Positions 44,789 to 54,310 of a DNA stretch of 64,000 nt are shown piece after piece (position 1 is the first letter of the stretch; each line of letters begins with the position of its first letter). Made by a program: the position numbers and the translations under genes. Location of the stretch: assembly GCA_035304545.1 (NCBI GenBank), contig DATGPV010000054.1, positions 74,473 to 138,472 of the forward strand, read 5' to 3'. Under the pieces are notes generated by a model. The model searched no databases and was not told the origin of the DNA. It saw nothing but the letters and a program-made list of their open reading frames with translations. The DNA is from Limnochordales bacterium (GTDB lineage Bacteria > Bacillota > Limnochordia > Limnochordales > ZCTH02-B6).

Positions 44789-44826
44789 CGGCTGGACGCC
44801 CGCCGGCGCCGGCGGGCGTCCAGCCG
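44789..44826. repeat. Perfect 38-bp loopless palindrome downstream of pncB
   Basis: CGGCTGGACGCCCGCCGGC followed directly by its reverse complement GCCGGCGGGCGTCCAGCCG. Confidence 0.85.
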
Positions 44827-44843
44827 CGGAAACGGGCCCCCGC

Positions 44844-45881
44844 TCACAGCATGCGCACCAGCCTGGGCGCGGGCGTGCGGCCGGGGATGCGGCCCCGCTT
44901 GGCCACGGGGCGGCCGTCCACTTCCTTGAGGTCCATGGTCATGTCGATGGGCGGCGCGCCGGAAATGTAGCTGCCGACGCCAAACGCGTCGGCGCCCGCG
45001 GCGGCCAAGGCCGCGATGCGCTCGGGATTCAAGCCGCCCGACACCATAATCCGCACGTGGCGGTACCCGGCCTGGTCTAAGCGGGCCCGCACTTCGGCCA
45101 CCAGCCCCGGCGTCACCCCGCCCCGCTCGCCCGGCGTGTCCAGGCGCACCCCCTGCAGGCGCTCCCCCATCGCGGCCGCGACCCGCAGGCTTTCTTCGGC
45201 TTCGTCCTTGTAGGTGTCCACCAGCACCGTCCGGGGCGAGTCGGGCGGCATGACCGCATCGTAGGCCAAAGCCCCCTCCACCGTGTCCCCCACGATGAGG
45301 AACAAGGCGTGGGGCATGGTCCCCACCGGTTCCCGGCCCAGCAGCTTGGCCCCCAGGATGCACGCTGCCCCGTCGGCGCCGCCCACCATGGCCGCCCGTT
45401 CCATCACCGGCGCCACCGCCGGGTGGACGTGCCGGGCGCCAAAGCAGATGACGGGCTTGTCCCCCGCCGCCTCCTTGGCCCGCCGGGCCGCGGTGGCCCA
45501 TCCGCTCGCGCTGGCCAGGCTCCCCAGCAGGGCGGTTTCGTACACCCCAAAGCGCCCGTAGGGGCCTTCGATGCGCATGACGACTTCCTTCGCCTCAAAC
45601 TCGGCCCCTTCAGGCAGCGCCCAGACCTGCACGCCCGCGTCCTTGAGCAGGTGGCAGCATTCTTCGACGCCCGCCAGCACCCCGGCGTGCCGGGCGAAGA
45701 TCTCGGCCACCACGGGCTTGTCCTCCAGGCCCAGGTGACGCAGGACCTGCATCGTCTTGATGAAATAGATGTCGGTGGTGGCGCCCGCCGCGATTTCCTC
45801 GTGGGTAGCCGAGTGAAACCGGGCGCGGCCATCGACCTGCCATTCCGCCACATCCGCCAACGTGCGCAATTTCCAGCCCAC
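44844..45881 (-). CDS. pncB: Nicotinate phosphoribosyltransferase (short type)
   Basis: GATTDIYF, FGARHVHP, GTMPHAL, LVDTYKDE, VRLDTP.ERGG, VSGGL, FGVGSYI, AKRGR. Confidence 0.9.
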   Translation of the reverse strand: MGWKLRTLADVAEWQVDGRARFHSATHEEIAAGATTDIYFIKTMQVLRHLGLEDKPVVAEIFARHAGVLAGVEECCHLLKDAGVQVWALPEGAEFEAKEVVMRIEGPYGRFGVYETALLGSLASASGWATAARRAKEAAGDKPVICFGARHVHPAVAPVMERAAMVGGADGAACILGAKLLGREPVGTMPHALFLIVGDTVEGALAYDAVMPPDSPRTVLVDTYKDEAEESLRVAAAMGERLQGVRLDTPGERGGVTPGLVAEVRARLDQAGYRHVRIMVSGGLNPERIAALAAAGADAFGVGSYISGAPPIDMTMDLKEVDGRPVAKRGRIPGRTPAPRLVRML

Positions 45882-45909
45882 GACGGGCCCTCCCTTTCGC
45901 AAATCGCAT

Positions 45910-46506
45910 TTACTTTCGGTCCACGGGCGGCGAAACCTGCTGCCAAGTGCCGTCGTAGAGCCAGCGGTAGGCGTCCAGGGTGGACAGCACCCGCTGCACG
46001 TGGTGGCGGGTTTCCGGAAAGGGGATGTCCGCCAGCGTGTCGGCTTGGCCGTCCCAGCGCCCCTGGACCAGCCACTCCTGCACTCGGGTGCGGCCGGCGT
46101 TGTAGGCGGCCAGGGCCACGGCCAGCTGGCCGCCGAACTGGTCCAAAAGCGCCCGCAAGTACCAGGTGCCCATGCGCAGGTTGATCTCGGGGTCATACAG
46201 CCAGTCGGGGTCGTACCCGGGCCAGCCCAGCTGGGCCGCAATCCATTGGCCCGTGTCCGGCATCACCTGCATGAGCCCGCGCGCCCCCCGGGAGGAAACG
46301 GCCTCAGGGTTGAAGCCGCTTTCCACCCGCACCAGGGCCGCGACGAGAAAGGGATCCAGATCGTGTTCGGCCGCCGCTTGGGCGATGGCCGGCGCGAACG
46401 GGATGGGAAAGAGGCGGCGCAGCACCGGTTTCCCGGCCACCGCCGCCAGCACCAGCAGCGCCAGGGCCAGCCAGAGCAGCCGGCCGGCGCCCCTCCGGTC
46501 GGACAA
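45910..46506 (-). CDS. Lytic transglycosylase (SLT domain), membrane anchored
   Basis: N-terminal TM; VRVESGF, GARGLMQVMP, AAYNAG, PFPETRHHV. Confidence 0.92.
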   Translation of the reverse strand: MSDRRGAGRLLWLALALLVLAAVAGKPVLRRLFPIPFAPAIAQAAAEHDLDPFLVAALVRVESGFNPEAVSSRGARGLMQVMPDTGQWIAAQLGWPGYDPDWLYDPEINLRMGTWYLRALLDQFGGQLAVALAAYNAGRTRVQEWLVQGRWDGQADTLADIPFPETRHHVQRVLSTLDAYRWLYDGTWQQVSPPVDRK

Positions 46507-46546
46507 CGAAGCGCACCCTCCCCGGGGCTGCCCATCTCGCGAAACG

Positions 46547-46918
46547 TTATGCGTCCCCGAGAGAGGCGATGATCAGTTCCGCCGTGGCCAGGTTGGTGGC
46601 CAGGGGAACGTTGTGGACGTCACACACCCGCAACAGCGCGGTGATGTCCGGCTCGTGGGGCTGGGCCGTCAGCGGGTCCCGCAAAAACAGCACCGCGTCC
46701 ACTTCGCCCGCGGCCACCCGGGCCCCGATCTGCTGGTCCCCGCCGTAGGGGCCCGACAGGACCCGCTCAATATCCAGACCCGTGGCCTCCGCGATGACCT
46801 TGCCTGTCGTCCCGGTCGCGATCAGCCGAAACTTGGCCAAAAGGTCCCGGCGCCGGCGGGCGAACTCAATAATGTCCGCCTTCTTCTTATCGTGCGCGAT
46901 CAGGGCCACCGTGCGCAC
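46547..46918 (-). CDS. mgsA: Methylglyoxal synthase
   Basis: [39 protein letters not shown]. Confidence 0.96.
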   Translation of the reverse strand: MRTVALIAHDKKKADIIEFARRRRDLLAKFRLIATGTTGKVIAEATGLDIERVLSGPYGGDQQIGARVAAGEVDAVLFLRDPLTAQPHEPDITALLRVCDVHNVPLATNLATAELIIASLGDA

Positions 46919-47528
46919 CCCGCGTCAACTCCTCCCACAGGCGGCGCACCTGCTCCCGGGTGCGCGCCAGGTCTTGCCGGTTGTCGATGACGTGATGGGC
47001 CTGCCGGGCCTTTTCGTCCAAGGGCAGCTGCGCCACGAGACGCGCCTCGGCCTCGGGGCGGGTCAGGCCGTCCCGGGCCATGAGCCGCTGGAGCTGCTGC
47101 TCCCGGTCCACGTACACCACCACCGTCACGTCCACCAGGGCCCGGCTGGCGGGGCTTTCGAACAAGAGCGGGATTTCCGCCACCACCGGGCGGCCGTCCC
47201 GGGCGGCGTCGTCGATCTTTTGCCGCAGGCGGGCCCGGATGCGGGGGTGCAGGATGGCCTCCAGCTGGCGCCGCCGCTCCGGATCGGCGAATACCAAGGC
47301 CCCTAGCCGCCGCCGGTCCAAGCGGCCGTCGGGCAGGAACACCTCGGGGCCGAAGGCTGCCCGGATCTCCTCCAGGGCCGGCTCCCCGGGCTCCACCACC
47401 TCCCGGGCGATCTGATCCGCGCTCACGACGGCCGCGCCCAGTTCGGCAAACATGGCCGCCACCGTGGACTTGCCGCTGGCGATGCCGCCCGTGAGGCCGA
47501 TGACGATGCCCCGCCGGCCCTTAGGCAT
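46887..47528 (-). CDS. coaE: Dephospho-CoA kinase
   Basis: [38 protein letters not shown]. Confidence 0.94.
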   Translation of the reverse strand: MPKGRRGIVIGLTGGIASGKSTVAAMFAELGAAVVSADQIAREVVEPGEPALEEIRAAFGPEVFLPDGRLDRRRLGALVFADPERRRQLEAILHPRIRARLRQKIDDAARDGRPVVAEIPLLFESPASRALVDVTVVVYVDREQQLQRLMARDGLTRPEAEARLVAQLPLDEKARQAHHVIDNRQDLARTREQVRRLWEELTRGAHGGPDRAR

Positions 47529-47610
47529 GTATCTGCTTCCCCCTCGCCTCGCCGCCCGCCGGCCCGCAAACCGCGCCTCCCGCGTAAGCGGGTGGGGCCG
47601 CGCGGGCCCC

Positions 47611-48435
47611 CTAGCGCTGGCACCGGGGACACACATGGGTGCCCCGCCCCGCGACCCTGCGCCGCACGATGGCCGTCCCGCACCGCCGGCACGGCTGGCC
47701 CGCTCGGCCGTACACGTCCAGATACCGCTGGAACTCGCCCGGGACGCCGCGCCCATTGACGTAGTCCCGGACGGTGGTGCCGCCCTTGGCCAGGGAATCC
47801 TGGAGCACCGCCCGGATGGTCCGGTGCAGCCGGGCCAGGTCGGCTTCCGACAAGGAACCTGCCGGCCTCGCCGGGTCGATCCCGGCTCGGAACAGCGCCT
47901 CATCCGCGTAGATGTTACCGATGCCCGCCACCCGCCGCTGATCCAGCAGCACCGCCTTGATAGGCGCCCGCCGCCCCGCGACCAGGGCGGCCAAAGCTTC
48001 CGGACTAAAGTCGTCGCCCAAGGGCTCCACCCCCATGCTAACCAGCCCCGGCGGCTCCTGGCCGTAATCGTCGGCCACGTAGTGCCACGTGCCAAAGGTG
48101 CGCTGATCGCTGAAGCGCAGCTCCAGGCCTCCGTCCAGGGCAACGACGATGTGGGTGTGGGGCCCTTCGGGATCCCCCGCCGGCGCGACGGTGAGGCGGC
48201 CGGTCATGCGCAGGTGGACGATGAGGCGGGCGCCGTCGTCCAGATGGAGCAGCAGAAACTTGCCCCGCCGCTGGACGGCGGCAAACCGGCGCCCGGCGAC
48301 GCGCTCCTCCAACCGTTCCGGCTCGATGTTGCGCAGCAGGCGGGGCAGCCGCACCCCAAGGCCGGTGATGCGGCGCCCCGGCAGGGCGCTGGCCAGCTGC
48401 CGGCGGACCGTTTCCACCTCGGGCAGTTCAGGCAC
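47611..48435 (-). CDS. mutM: Formamidopyrimidine-DNA glycosylase
   Basis: PELPEVET, RRGKFL, HLRMTG, LLDQ..VAGIGNIYADE, C-terminal C4 zinc finger. Confidence 0.97.
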   Translation of the reverse strand: MPELPEVETVRRQLASALPGRRITGLGVRLPRLLRNIEPERLEERVAGRRFAAVQRRGKFLLLHLDDGARLIVHLRMTGRLTVAPAGDPEGPHTHIVVALDGGLELRFSDQRTFGTWHYVADDYGQEPPGLVSMGVEPLGDDFSPEALAALVAGRRAPIKAVLLDQRRVAGIGNIYADEALFRAGIDPARPAGSLSEADLARLHRTIRAVLQDSLAKGGTTVRDYVNGRGVPGEFQRYLDVYGRAGQPCRRCGTAIVRRRVAGRGTHVCPRCQR

Positions 48436-51394
48436 CGGCCTTCCCCTCCAGGGAAACCGGCTCCGTATCCAGCCAGTTGGGGCCGGCCTGCACGTCCACC
48501 ACCAAGGGCACCGCCAGTTCCACGACCCGGGCCATGGCGTCGTGGATGAGGCGGGCGGTGCGGGCCAGTTCGTCCTTGGGCACTTCCAGCACCAGCTCGT
48601 CGTGGACCTGCAAGAGCAGCCGGGCCCGCAACCCCTCCTCCCGCAGGCGCCGGTGGGCCTCCACCATGGCCAGCTTGATGATGTCGGCCGCGGTGCCTTG
48701 GATGGGGCTGTTCATGGCGGTGCGCTCCGCGAAGCTGCGCCGGGCCCAGTTGCGGGAACGCAAGTCGGGCAAATAGCGGCGCCGGCCAAAAAGGGTGGTG
48801 ACGTAGCCCCGCTCCCGGGCGGCTTCGATGACCGTGTCGATGTAGCGGCGAACGCCCGGGTAGCGCTGGAAATAGTCGTCGATGTAGCGCTGCGCGTCCT
48901 CCCGGCTCAGGCCCGTCCCCCGGGCCAGGCCAAAGCTGCTGATGCCGTAGACGATGCCAAAGTTGATGGCCTTGGCGGCGCTGCGCATGTCCGGCGACAC
49001 CTGGTCCGGCGGCACGCCAAAGACTTCCGACGCGGTGCGCACGTGGATGTCCTGCCCGCGGCGAAACGCGTCAATGAGCCCTTCGTCGCCGGACATGTGG
49101 GCCAGGACCCGCAGCTCGATCTGGGAATAGTCGGCCTTCATCATCACCCAATCGGGCCCTTCAGGGATGAAGGCCCGGCGGATGCGGCGGCCCTCTTCGG
49201 TGCGCACGGGAATGTTCTGCAGGTTGGGATTGGTGCTGCTGAGCCGGCCGGTGGCCGTCACCGCCTGGTTGAAGGTGGTGTGGACTCGCCCCGTTTCCGG
49301 GTGCACCAGCGAGGGCAGCGCGTCCACGTAGGTGCTCTTGAGCTTGGTCACCTGCCGGTAGTCCAGCAGCAAGGCCACGATGGCGTGCTCCGGTGCGAGG
49401 GCTTCCAGCACCTCGTGATCGGTGGAGGGCCCGGTCTTGGTCTGCTTGAGGACGGGCAGTTGAAGCTTTTCGAACAAGATGCGGCTCAGCTGCTTCGGTG
49501 AGTTGATGTTGAACTCTTCGCCCGCGAGGCGGTAGATCTCCGCGGTGAGCCGCTGGATCTGGGCGTCCATCTCTTGGGACAGCTGCGCCAAATACCCGGT
49601 GTCCAGGCGCACGCCGTTCATCTCCGCCTCCACCAATACGTCCACCAGCGGCCGTTCCATGCCCGTGTACAGTTCCCACAGGCCATCCCGGCGCAGCCGC
49701 TGGGCCAGCACCGGCCCCAGCTCGCGGATGACCGCGGCCTCCTGGGCCAAGTGGTCCGCGGCCACGGCCGGATCCAGGTCCTCCAGGGCCGCGGCCCGCC
49801 GGCCGGGACCGGCTTCCGCCAACCGCTGCTTCCATGAAACCAGGTAGCGGTCGGCAAACTTCATGGCCGCGTCGGGCAAGGAGTGGTCTCCCTGCTCGGG
49901 GTTGATGAGGTAGGAGGCCAGCATGACGTCCAGCTCGACGCCGGCCAGGTCCGCCCCGTGACGGCGGAGAATGATGCGGAGGCGCTTCGCGTCGTGGCAC
50001 CACTTGGGCACCGCCGGATCGGTGAGCAGCGGGGCCAACGCGTCCCGCACCACGGGCCACGGCAGCTGGTCGCCCGCGATGACGCCCCGGTGGCCCACGG
50101 GGACGTAGACGGCCCGCCCGCCCCGCGCGAGGGCGAGGCCCACGATGGCCGCCTGCATCCGGTCGGGACCGGCGGCCGCCACGCCCACCACCAGCGGCTC
50201 CCCGGGATCCGCCGCCCGCAGCGCCGCCGCGGCCGCCTCCAGGGCGTCGGGCGTGCGCACGATGGCAAGGCCCGTTTTCAGGCCGGTGTCCGGCCCGGGG
50301 CCACCGTTGGCCGTCCCGCCGCCGCCGGGGGCCGCCTCGGGGCTGTCCCCCTGCTGGCCGTTGCGGTCGCCGGTTGGGCCGCCGTCGGCAGGACCGGTAC
50401 CGGCCCCGGCGCTCGGATCCATCATCCCCGCCTTGTGGAGGCGGTCCAGCAGTCCCTTAAATTCCAGCTCCCGGAAAAGGGCCACAAGCCGCGGGGTATC
50501 GGGCGCCCGCCGGCGCAGCGCCTCGGGGTCAAAGTCGACGGGCGCGTCGGTACGGATGACGGAAATCTCCTTGCTCAGGCGGGCCTGGTCCCGGTAGGTG
50601 CGCAAGTTTTCGCCCACCCTGCCCTTGACCTCATGGGCCCGGGCCAGCACCTCCTCCAAGCTGCCGTATTGCTTCAACAGCTGCACGGCCGTCTTGGGGC
50701 CCACCTTGGGCACGCCGGGGATGTTATCGGAGGTGTCGCCCATCAAGCCTTTCAAGTCCGGCACCCGGCTGGGCGCGACGCCCAGCTTCTCTTCCACGCC
50801 CCGGGGGTCGAGGCGCTCCATGTCCCGGATGCCCCGGCGCGTGAGCAGCACCGTCACCCGGTCATCCACCAGCTGCAGCAGATCCCTGTCGCCGGTGACG
50901 ATGAGCACCTCCAGGCCCCGCTGGCTGGCCTGGCGGGCCAGGGTGCCGATGATGTCGTCGGCCTCGTAACCCTCCACGCCGTACACGGCCAGGTTCATGG
51001 CGTCCAGGAGCTGCTCCACCCGGGCGATCTGCGGGCGCAGGTCGTCGGGCATGGCGGCGCGGTTGGCCTTGTACTCGGCAAACAGCTCGTCCCGGAAGGT
51101 GGGACCCGCCCGGTCAAAGGCCGCGGCCACGTAGTCGGGCTGCTCTTCGTCCAGCAGCGCCAACAGCATCATGGCAAAGCCGTATACGGCGTTGCTGGGT
51201 TCGCCCGTGGACGTCGTCAGGCTGGGCAAGGCGTAGTAGGCCCGGTGGATAAGGCTGTAGGCGTCGATGAGGACGAGCTTTCCCCGCGGGGCCGTGCCGT
51301 CCCCACGGCGCTCCGACGCGCGCTGGGTGGAACTCTCCGCGGCGCACCCCGCGGCGGCGCGCGGGGTGCGGCCGTCCAATGGCTCCTGGGGCAT
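48428..51394 (-). CDS. polA: DNA polymerase I
   Basis: 5'-nuclease (LIDAYSL, YKANR, EADD, TGDRD, GDTSDNIPG) and polymerase motifs (TGRLSS, ADYSQIELR, KAINFGIVYG, QVHDEL). Confidence 0.97.
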   Translation of the reverse strand: MPQEPLDGRTPRAAAGCAAESSTQRASERRGDGTAPRGKLVLIDAYSLIHRAYYALPSLTTSTGEPSNAVYGFAMMLLALLDEEQPDYVAAAFDRAGPTFRDELFAEYKANRAAMPDDLRPQIARVEQLLDAMNLAVYGVEGYEADDIIGTLARQASQRGLEVLIVTGDRDLLQLVDDRVTVLLTRRGIRDMERLDPRGVEEKLGVAPSRVPDLKGLMGDTSDNIPGVPKVGPKTAVQLLKQYGSLEEVLARAHEVKGRVGENLRTYRDQARLSKEISVIRTDAPVDFDPEALRRRAPDTPRLVALFRELEFKGLLDRLHKAGMMDPSAGAGTGPADGGPTGDRNGQQGDSPEAAPGGGGTANGGPGPDTGLKTGLAIVRTPDALEAAAAALRAADPGEPLVVGVAAAGPDRMQAAIVGLALARGGRAVYVPVGHRGVIAGDQLPWPVVRDALAPLLTDPAVPKWCHDAKRLRIILRRHGADLAGVELDVMLASYLINPEQGDHSLPDAAMKFADRYLVSWKQRLAEAGPGRRAAALEDLDPAVAADHLAQEAAVIRELGPVLAQRLRRDGLWELYTGMERPLVDVLVEAEMNGVRLDTGYLAQLSQEMDAQIQRLTAEIYRLAGEEFNINSPKQLSRILFEKLQLPVLKQTKTGPSTDHEVLEALAPEHAIVALLLDYRQVTKLKSTYVDALPSLVHPETGRVHTTFNQAVTATGRLSSTNPNLQNIPVRTEEGRRIRRAFIPEGPDWVMMKADYSQIELRVLAHMSGDEGLIDAFRRGQDIHVRTASEVFGVPPDQVSPDMRSAAKAINFGIVYGISSFGLARGTGLSREDAQRYIDDYFQRYPGVRRYIDTVIEAARERGYVTTLFGRRRYLPDLRSRNWARRSFAERTAMNSPIQGTAADIIKLAMVEAHRRLREEGLRARLLLQVHDELVLEVPKDELARTARLIHDAMARVVELAVPLVVDVQAGPNWLDTEPVSLEGKAGA

Positions 51395-51588
51395 AGTCCT
51401 CGCTCCTGGTCTGTTGGCCTCGCCCCCGGTCGAGCCGGTCGCGGCCGCGTCCAGTATAGCACGCCCGGCGCGGCCAGATCCACATGCTGGCGGGCGGCGC
51501 ATCGGCTCCCTGCCGTGCCTGCACTTGCTTGAAGGATCGGGGGAGGGGGCGCGGAATCGCGCGTAGCGATAGACCCTCGATAGGGGGA

Positions 51589-52842
51589 ATGAACGGCATG
51601 TTGAAGACCAACGCCCAGCGGGCCGCCGTCCTCGGCGCGGCGCTGCTGGTGATAATCTCCGTCCTTGCTGCCGCTTCCTACCGGCCGGCGGCTCCGGACC
51701 CGGCGGCCCCCCTAGGGGCCGTGCTGGACCCAGCGGCCCGGGAACCCGCGCCTTGGGGGTCGGCGGCGCCCGACGGGGCGACCGCCCAGCACCCCTCCGC
51801 CCGCGGCCCAGCCGCAGCCAGCGACCCCGGGCGCGGCCTGGACCCCGCGCCGGATGAGGGCACCGCCCGTCCCGGCGCCCCGCTGACCTGGGCCCAACTG
51901 CACGGCATGCTGCGGCAAGCCCTCAGCCCCCAAGCCGCCCCCGGGGTCCACGCCGCTTCCTTGGAAGACTTTCTCGATCCGGGGACGGATCCCGCGGACC
52001 CGGTCACCCGGGGCGGCCTAGTGATGGCTGTAGTGCGGGCCCTGGATCTGGAAGAACTGGCCTTGGCCCACCCGCCCGCGGCGAGCCTGTTCCAAGACGT
52101 CTCGCCGCTGCACCGGGCCTATGCGGCCATCGGCCTCGCCCACCGGCTCGGCCTGCTGCCCCAGCCGCCCGGGCACATGCTGCGGCCTGAGCAGCCGGTG
52201 ACAGCCGCGGAGGCCCAGGAGATGCTGGGCCTAGCCCGGGCCCTGGACATCCGGGCGGGCCAGTTGGACCAGGTGAATGCGCCCGGCAGCAGCCTCAGCG
52301 TCGCGGGACCCGACGGGCAGCCCACGGCTTACGTATTGGTGGAGGACACGTTGATCGTGCGCAACGGCGGTGCCGTTGGCGCCGAGGAGCTGCTGCCCGG
52401 CGACGCGGTGCGTACGGTGGCCGACGCCACGGGCCGGCTGCGGCTGCTGGTGGCCGAAGGCCCGGCTTTGTCGCCGGTGCAGCAGGCCCTGGCCGTGCTG
52501 GGGCCTCTCCTGCAGGAACTGTTGACGCCCGAGCAGACCGCCGCGATCCTGGCCCGCGACTGGGAGCGGGCCGGTACCGAGCTCAAAGTGAACCTGTACA
52601 ACCGGCTGCTGGAGCACGGCCTCACACCCGAAGAGGCCACCGCGGTCCTTGACCAGGACTGGGCTGCGCTGACCGAACACGGCAAGGCCCGGCTCACCGA
52701 GCTGGCCGCAGCCCGCTGGTCCGTGTCGCCGGACCTGGTGCGGGCCGTGCTGGACCAAGACTGGGAGACGGCCCGCAGCCACGCGGAGATCGTCATCTTG
52801 GAGTACCTGCTCAACGAGCTGCTGCAGGCCGCCAACGCCTAA
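51589..52842 (+). CDS. Exported S-layer homology (SLH) domain protein with C-terminal helical repeats
   Basis: N-terminal hydrophobic signal; SLH-like PVTRGGLV..VVRAL and FQDVSPLH.AY.AI.....LGLL.......LRPEQPVT..EA; three xPE....L..DW repeats. Confidence 0.75.
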   Translation: MNGMLKTNAQRAAVLGAALLVIISVLAAASYRPAAPDPAAPLGAVLDPAAREPAPWGSAAPDGATAQHPSARGPAAASDPGRGLDPAPDEGTARPGAPLTWAQLHGMLRQALSPQAAPGVHAASLEDFLDPGTDPADPVTRGGLVMAVVRALDLEELALAHPPAASLFQDVSPLHRAYAAIGLAHRLGLLPQPPGHMLRPEQPVTAAEAQEMLGLARALDIRAGQLDQVNAPGSSLSVAGPDGQPTAYVLVEDTLIVRNGGAVGAEELLPGDAVRTVADATGRLRLLVAEGPALSPVQQALAVLGPLLQELLTPEQTAAILARDWERAGTELKVNLYNRLLEHGLTPEEATAVLDQDWAALTEHGKARLTELAAARWSVSPDLVRAVLDQDWETARSHAEIVILEYLLNELLQAANA

Positions 52843-53035
52843 CACGACCGTCCCCGGGGCCGCGCCCGTCCGCGGCCCCGGGCACGGCCCGGTCCACGGG
52901 CGATTCCTTGCCGGCGGTGGCTTGAAACAGGCTACTGGGGTGTGTTATGATCAATTTTGCCTGCCGGTCACCGGCCCTGGGGAGCCGGATCGCCGAGCCG
53001 GGTGCAGGCGGTGCGCAGCGGCAGGCGGAAAAGAG

Positions 53036-53121
53036 GCCGGAGTGGCGGAACTGGCAGACGCGCGCGACTCAAAATCGCGTGGGTAACCCCCATGTGGGTT
53101 CGAGTCCCACCTCCGGCACCA
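53036..53121 (+). tRNA. tRNA-Leu(CAA)
   Basis: Acceptor GCCGGAG/CTCCGGC-ACCA, anticodon arm CGCGA-CTCAAAA-TCGCG, variable arm, GGTTCGAGTCC; promoter TTGAAA-N18-TATGAT. Confidence 0.97.
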
Positions 53122-53270
53122 TTCGAAGGGCGTTTCCGGGAAGCCGGCGCCCTTCGTTCGCGTCTGGAGCGTACGCCGCGAGCCACCGCGCCTTTGTCCT
53201 GGCCCCCGAGCGTCGAGGCTGGATGGCAGCCCGCGGCGCCGCCAAAGGGTTGCGTGACCCCAGTCTTGGT

Positions 53271-54068
53271 CTACAAGGTCAGCCACAGGACAAGAGCCCC
53301 CACCGCCCACGTGTAGTAGGCGAAGGGCGCCAGCCGTCGCCGCTGCAAATAGCGGAGGAACAGGGCGATGGCCCCGTAGCTGCTGACGGCCGACACGGCG
53401 GTGCCCAAAAGCAGGATGCCGACGCCCTCGGCCTCCACCGGGCCCGCCCGCAGCAGTTGGGCCATTTCCAGAGCCGTGGCGCCCAAAATCGCCGGCACCG
53501 ACATTAAGAAAGCAAACCGGGCGGCGGCGGGCCGCGTCAATCCCGCCAAGATGCCGGCGCTCATGGTGGTGCCCGAGCGGGACAAGCCGGGCACCACGGC
53601 CAGGGCTTGGCCGAGGCCCATCGCGACGGCATGCCGCCAGCCTGGCCGGCTGCCCCGCCGGGCCACGGCAACCCGGTCCGCAACGATCAGCAGCACCCCG
53701 GTAACAAACAGCATGATCGCGGGGACCGCCACCGAGGAAAACGCCTGCTCGATCGCGTCCCGCAGCAAGAGGCCCACCGCCGCCACCGGCAGCGAGGCCG
53801 CCACCAGCAGCCAAAACATGCGCCGCCCCTCGGCCGCACCGGGCCGGTCCAGGCCCACCACCCCGGCGACGATTTGGAGCAGTTCCTCCCGGAAATACAG
53901 CACCACCGCCAGCAGGCTGCCGAAATGCACCATGGCGTCAAAGGTGAGGAGGTATTCGGTCACCCCCAGCCACTGGCGGACGATGACCAAATGCCCCGAA
54001 CTGCTGACGGGCAAAAACTCCGTAAGGCCCTGCACCAAACCCAGCACAATGGCTTGCCACGCGGTCAT
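53271..54068 (-). CDS. uppP: Undecaprenyl-diphosphatase (BacA)
   Basis: QGLTEFLPVSSSGH, PGLSRSGTT, AARFAFLMSVP. Confidence 0.95.
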   Translation of the reverse strand: MTAWQAIVLGLVQGLTEFLPVSSSGHLVIVRQWLGVTEYLLTFDAMVHFGSLLAVVLYFREELLQIVAGVVGLDRPGAAEGRRMFWLLVAASLPVAAVGLLLRDAIEQAFSSVAVPAIMLFVTGVLLIVADRVAVARRGSRPGWRHAVAMGLGQALAVVPGLSRSGTTMSAGILAGLTRPAAARFAFLMSVPAILGATALEMAQLLRAGPVEAEGVGILLLGTAVSAVSSYGAIALFLRYLQRRRLAPFAYYTWAVGALVLWLTL

Positions 54069-54310
54069 GGCTCACGCCCCCACTTGGATTCCGCGGTCCA
54101 CCATAACACACCCCCGCCGGTTTCGCCAGATGTTTCCAGGGTGTCCCCCGCCCGCCCGGCACCATCCTTATGCAGGTGCGCCCCGCCTCAGCCGGCCCTA
54201 CCGGCCGCCGGGACCCGGCACCGCTACGGGGGCAACGAGGAATCCTGATGCCGAGGCGGAACAGTACAGGGCGGACCAGCACGAAACCAAGACGATGGGA
54301 GTGACCGGCC

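Noticed and set aside
49850-50200. PolA 3'-5' exonuclease domain lacks acidic catalytic residues
   Set aside because: Normal for Bacillota Pol I.
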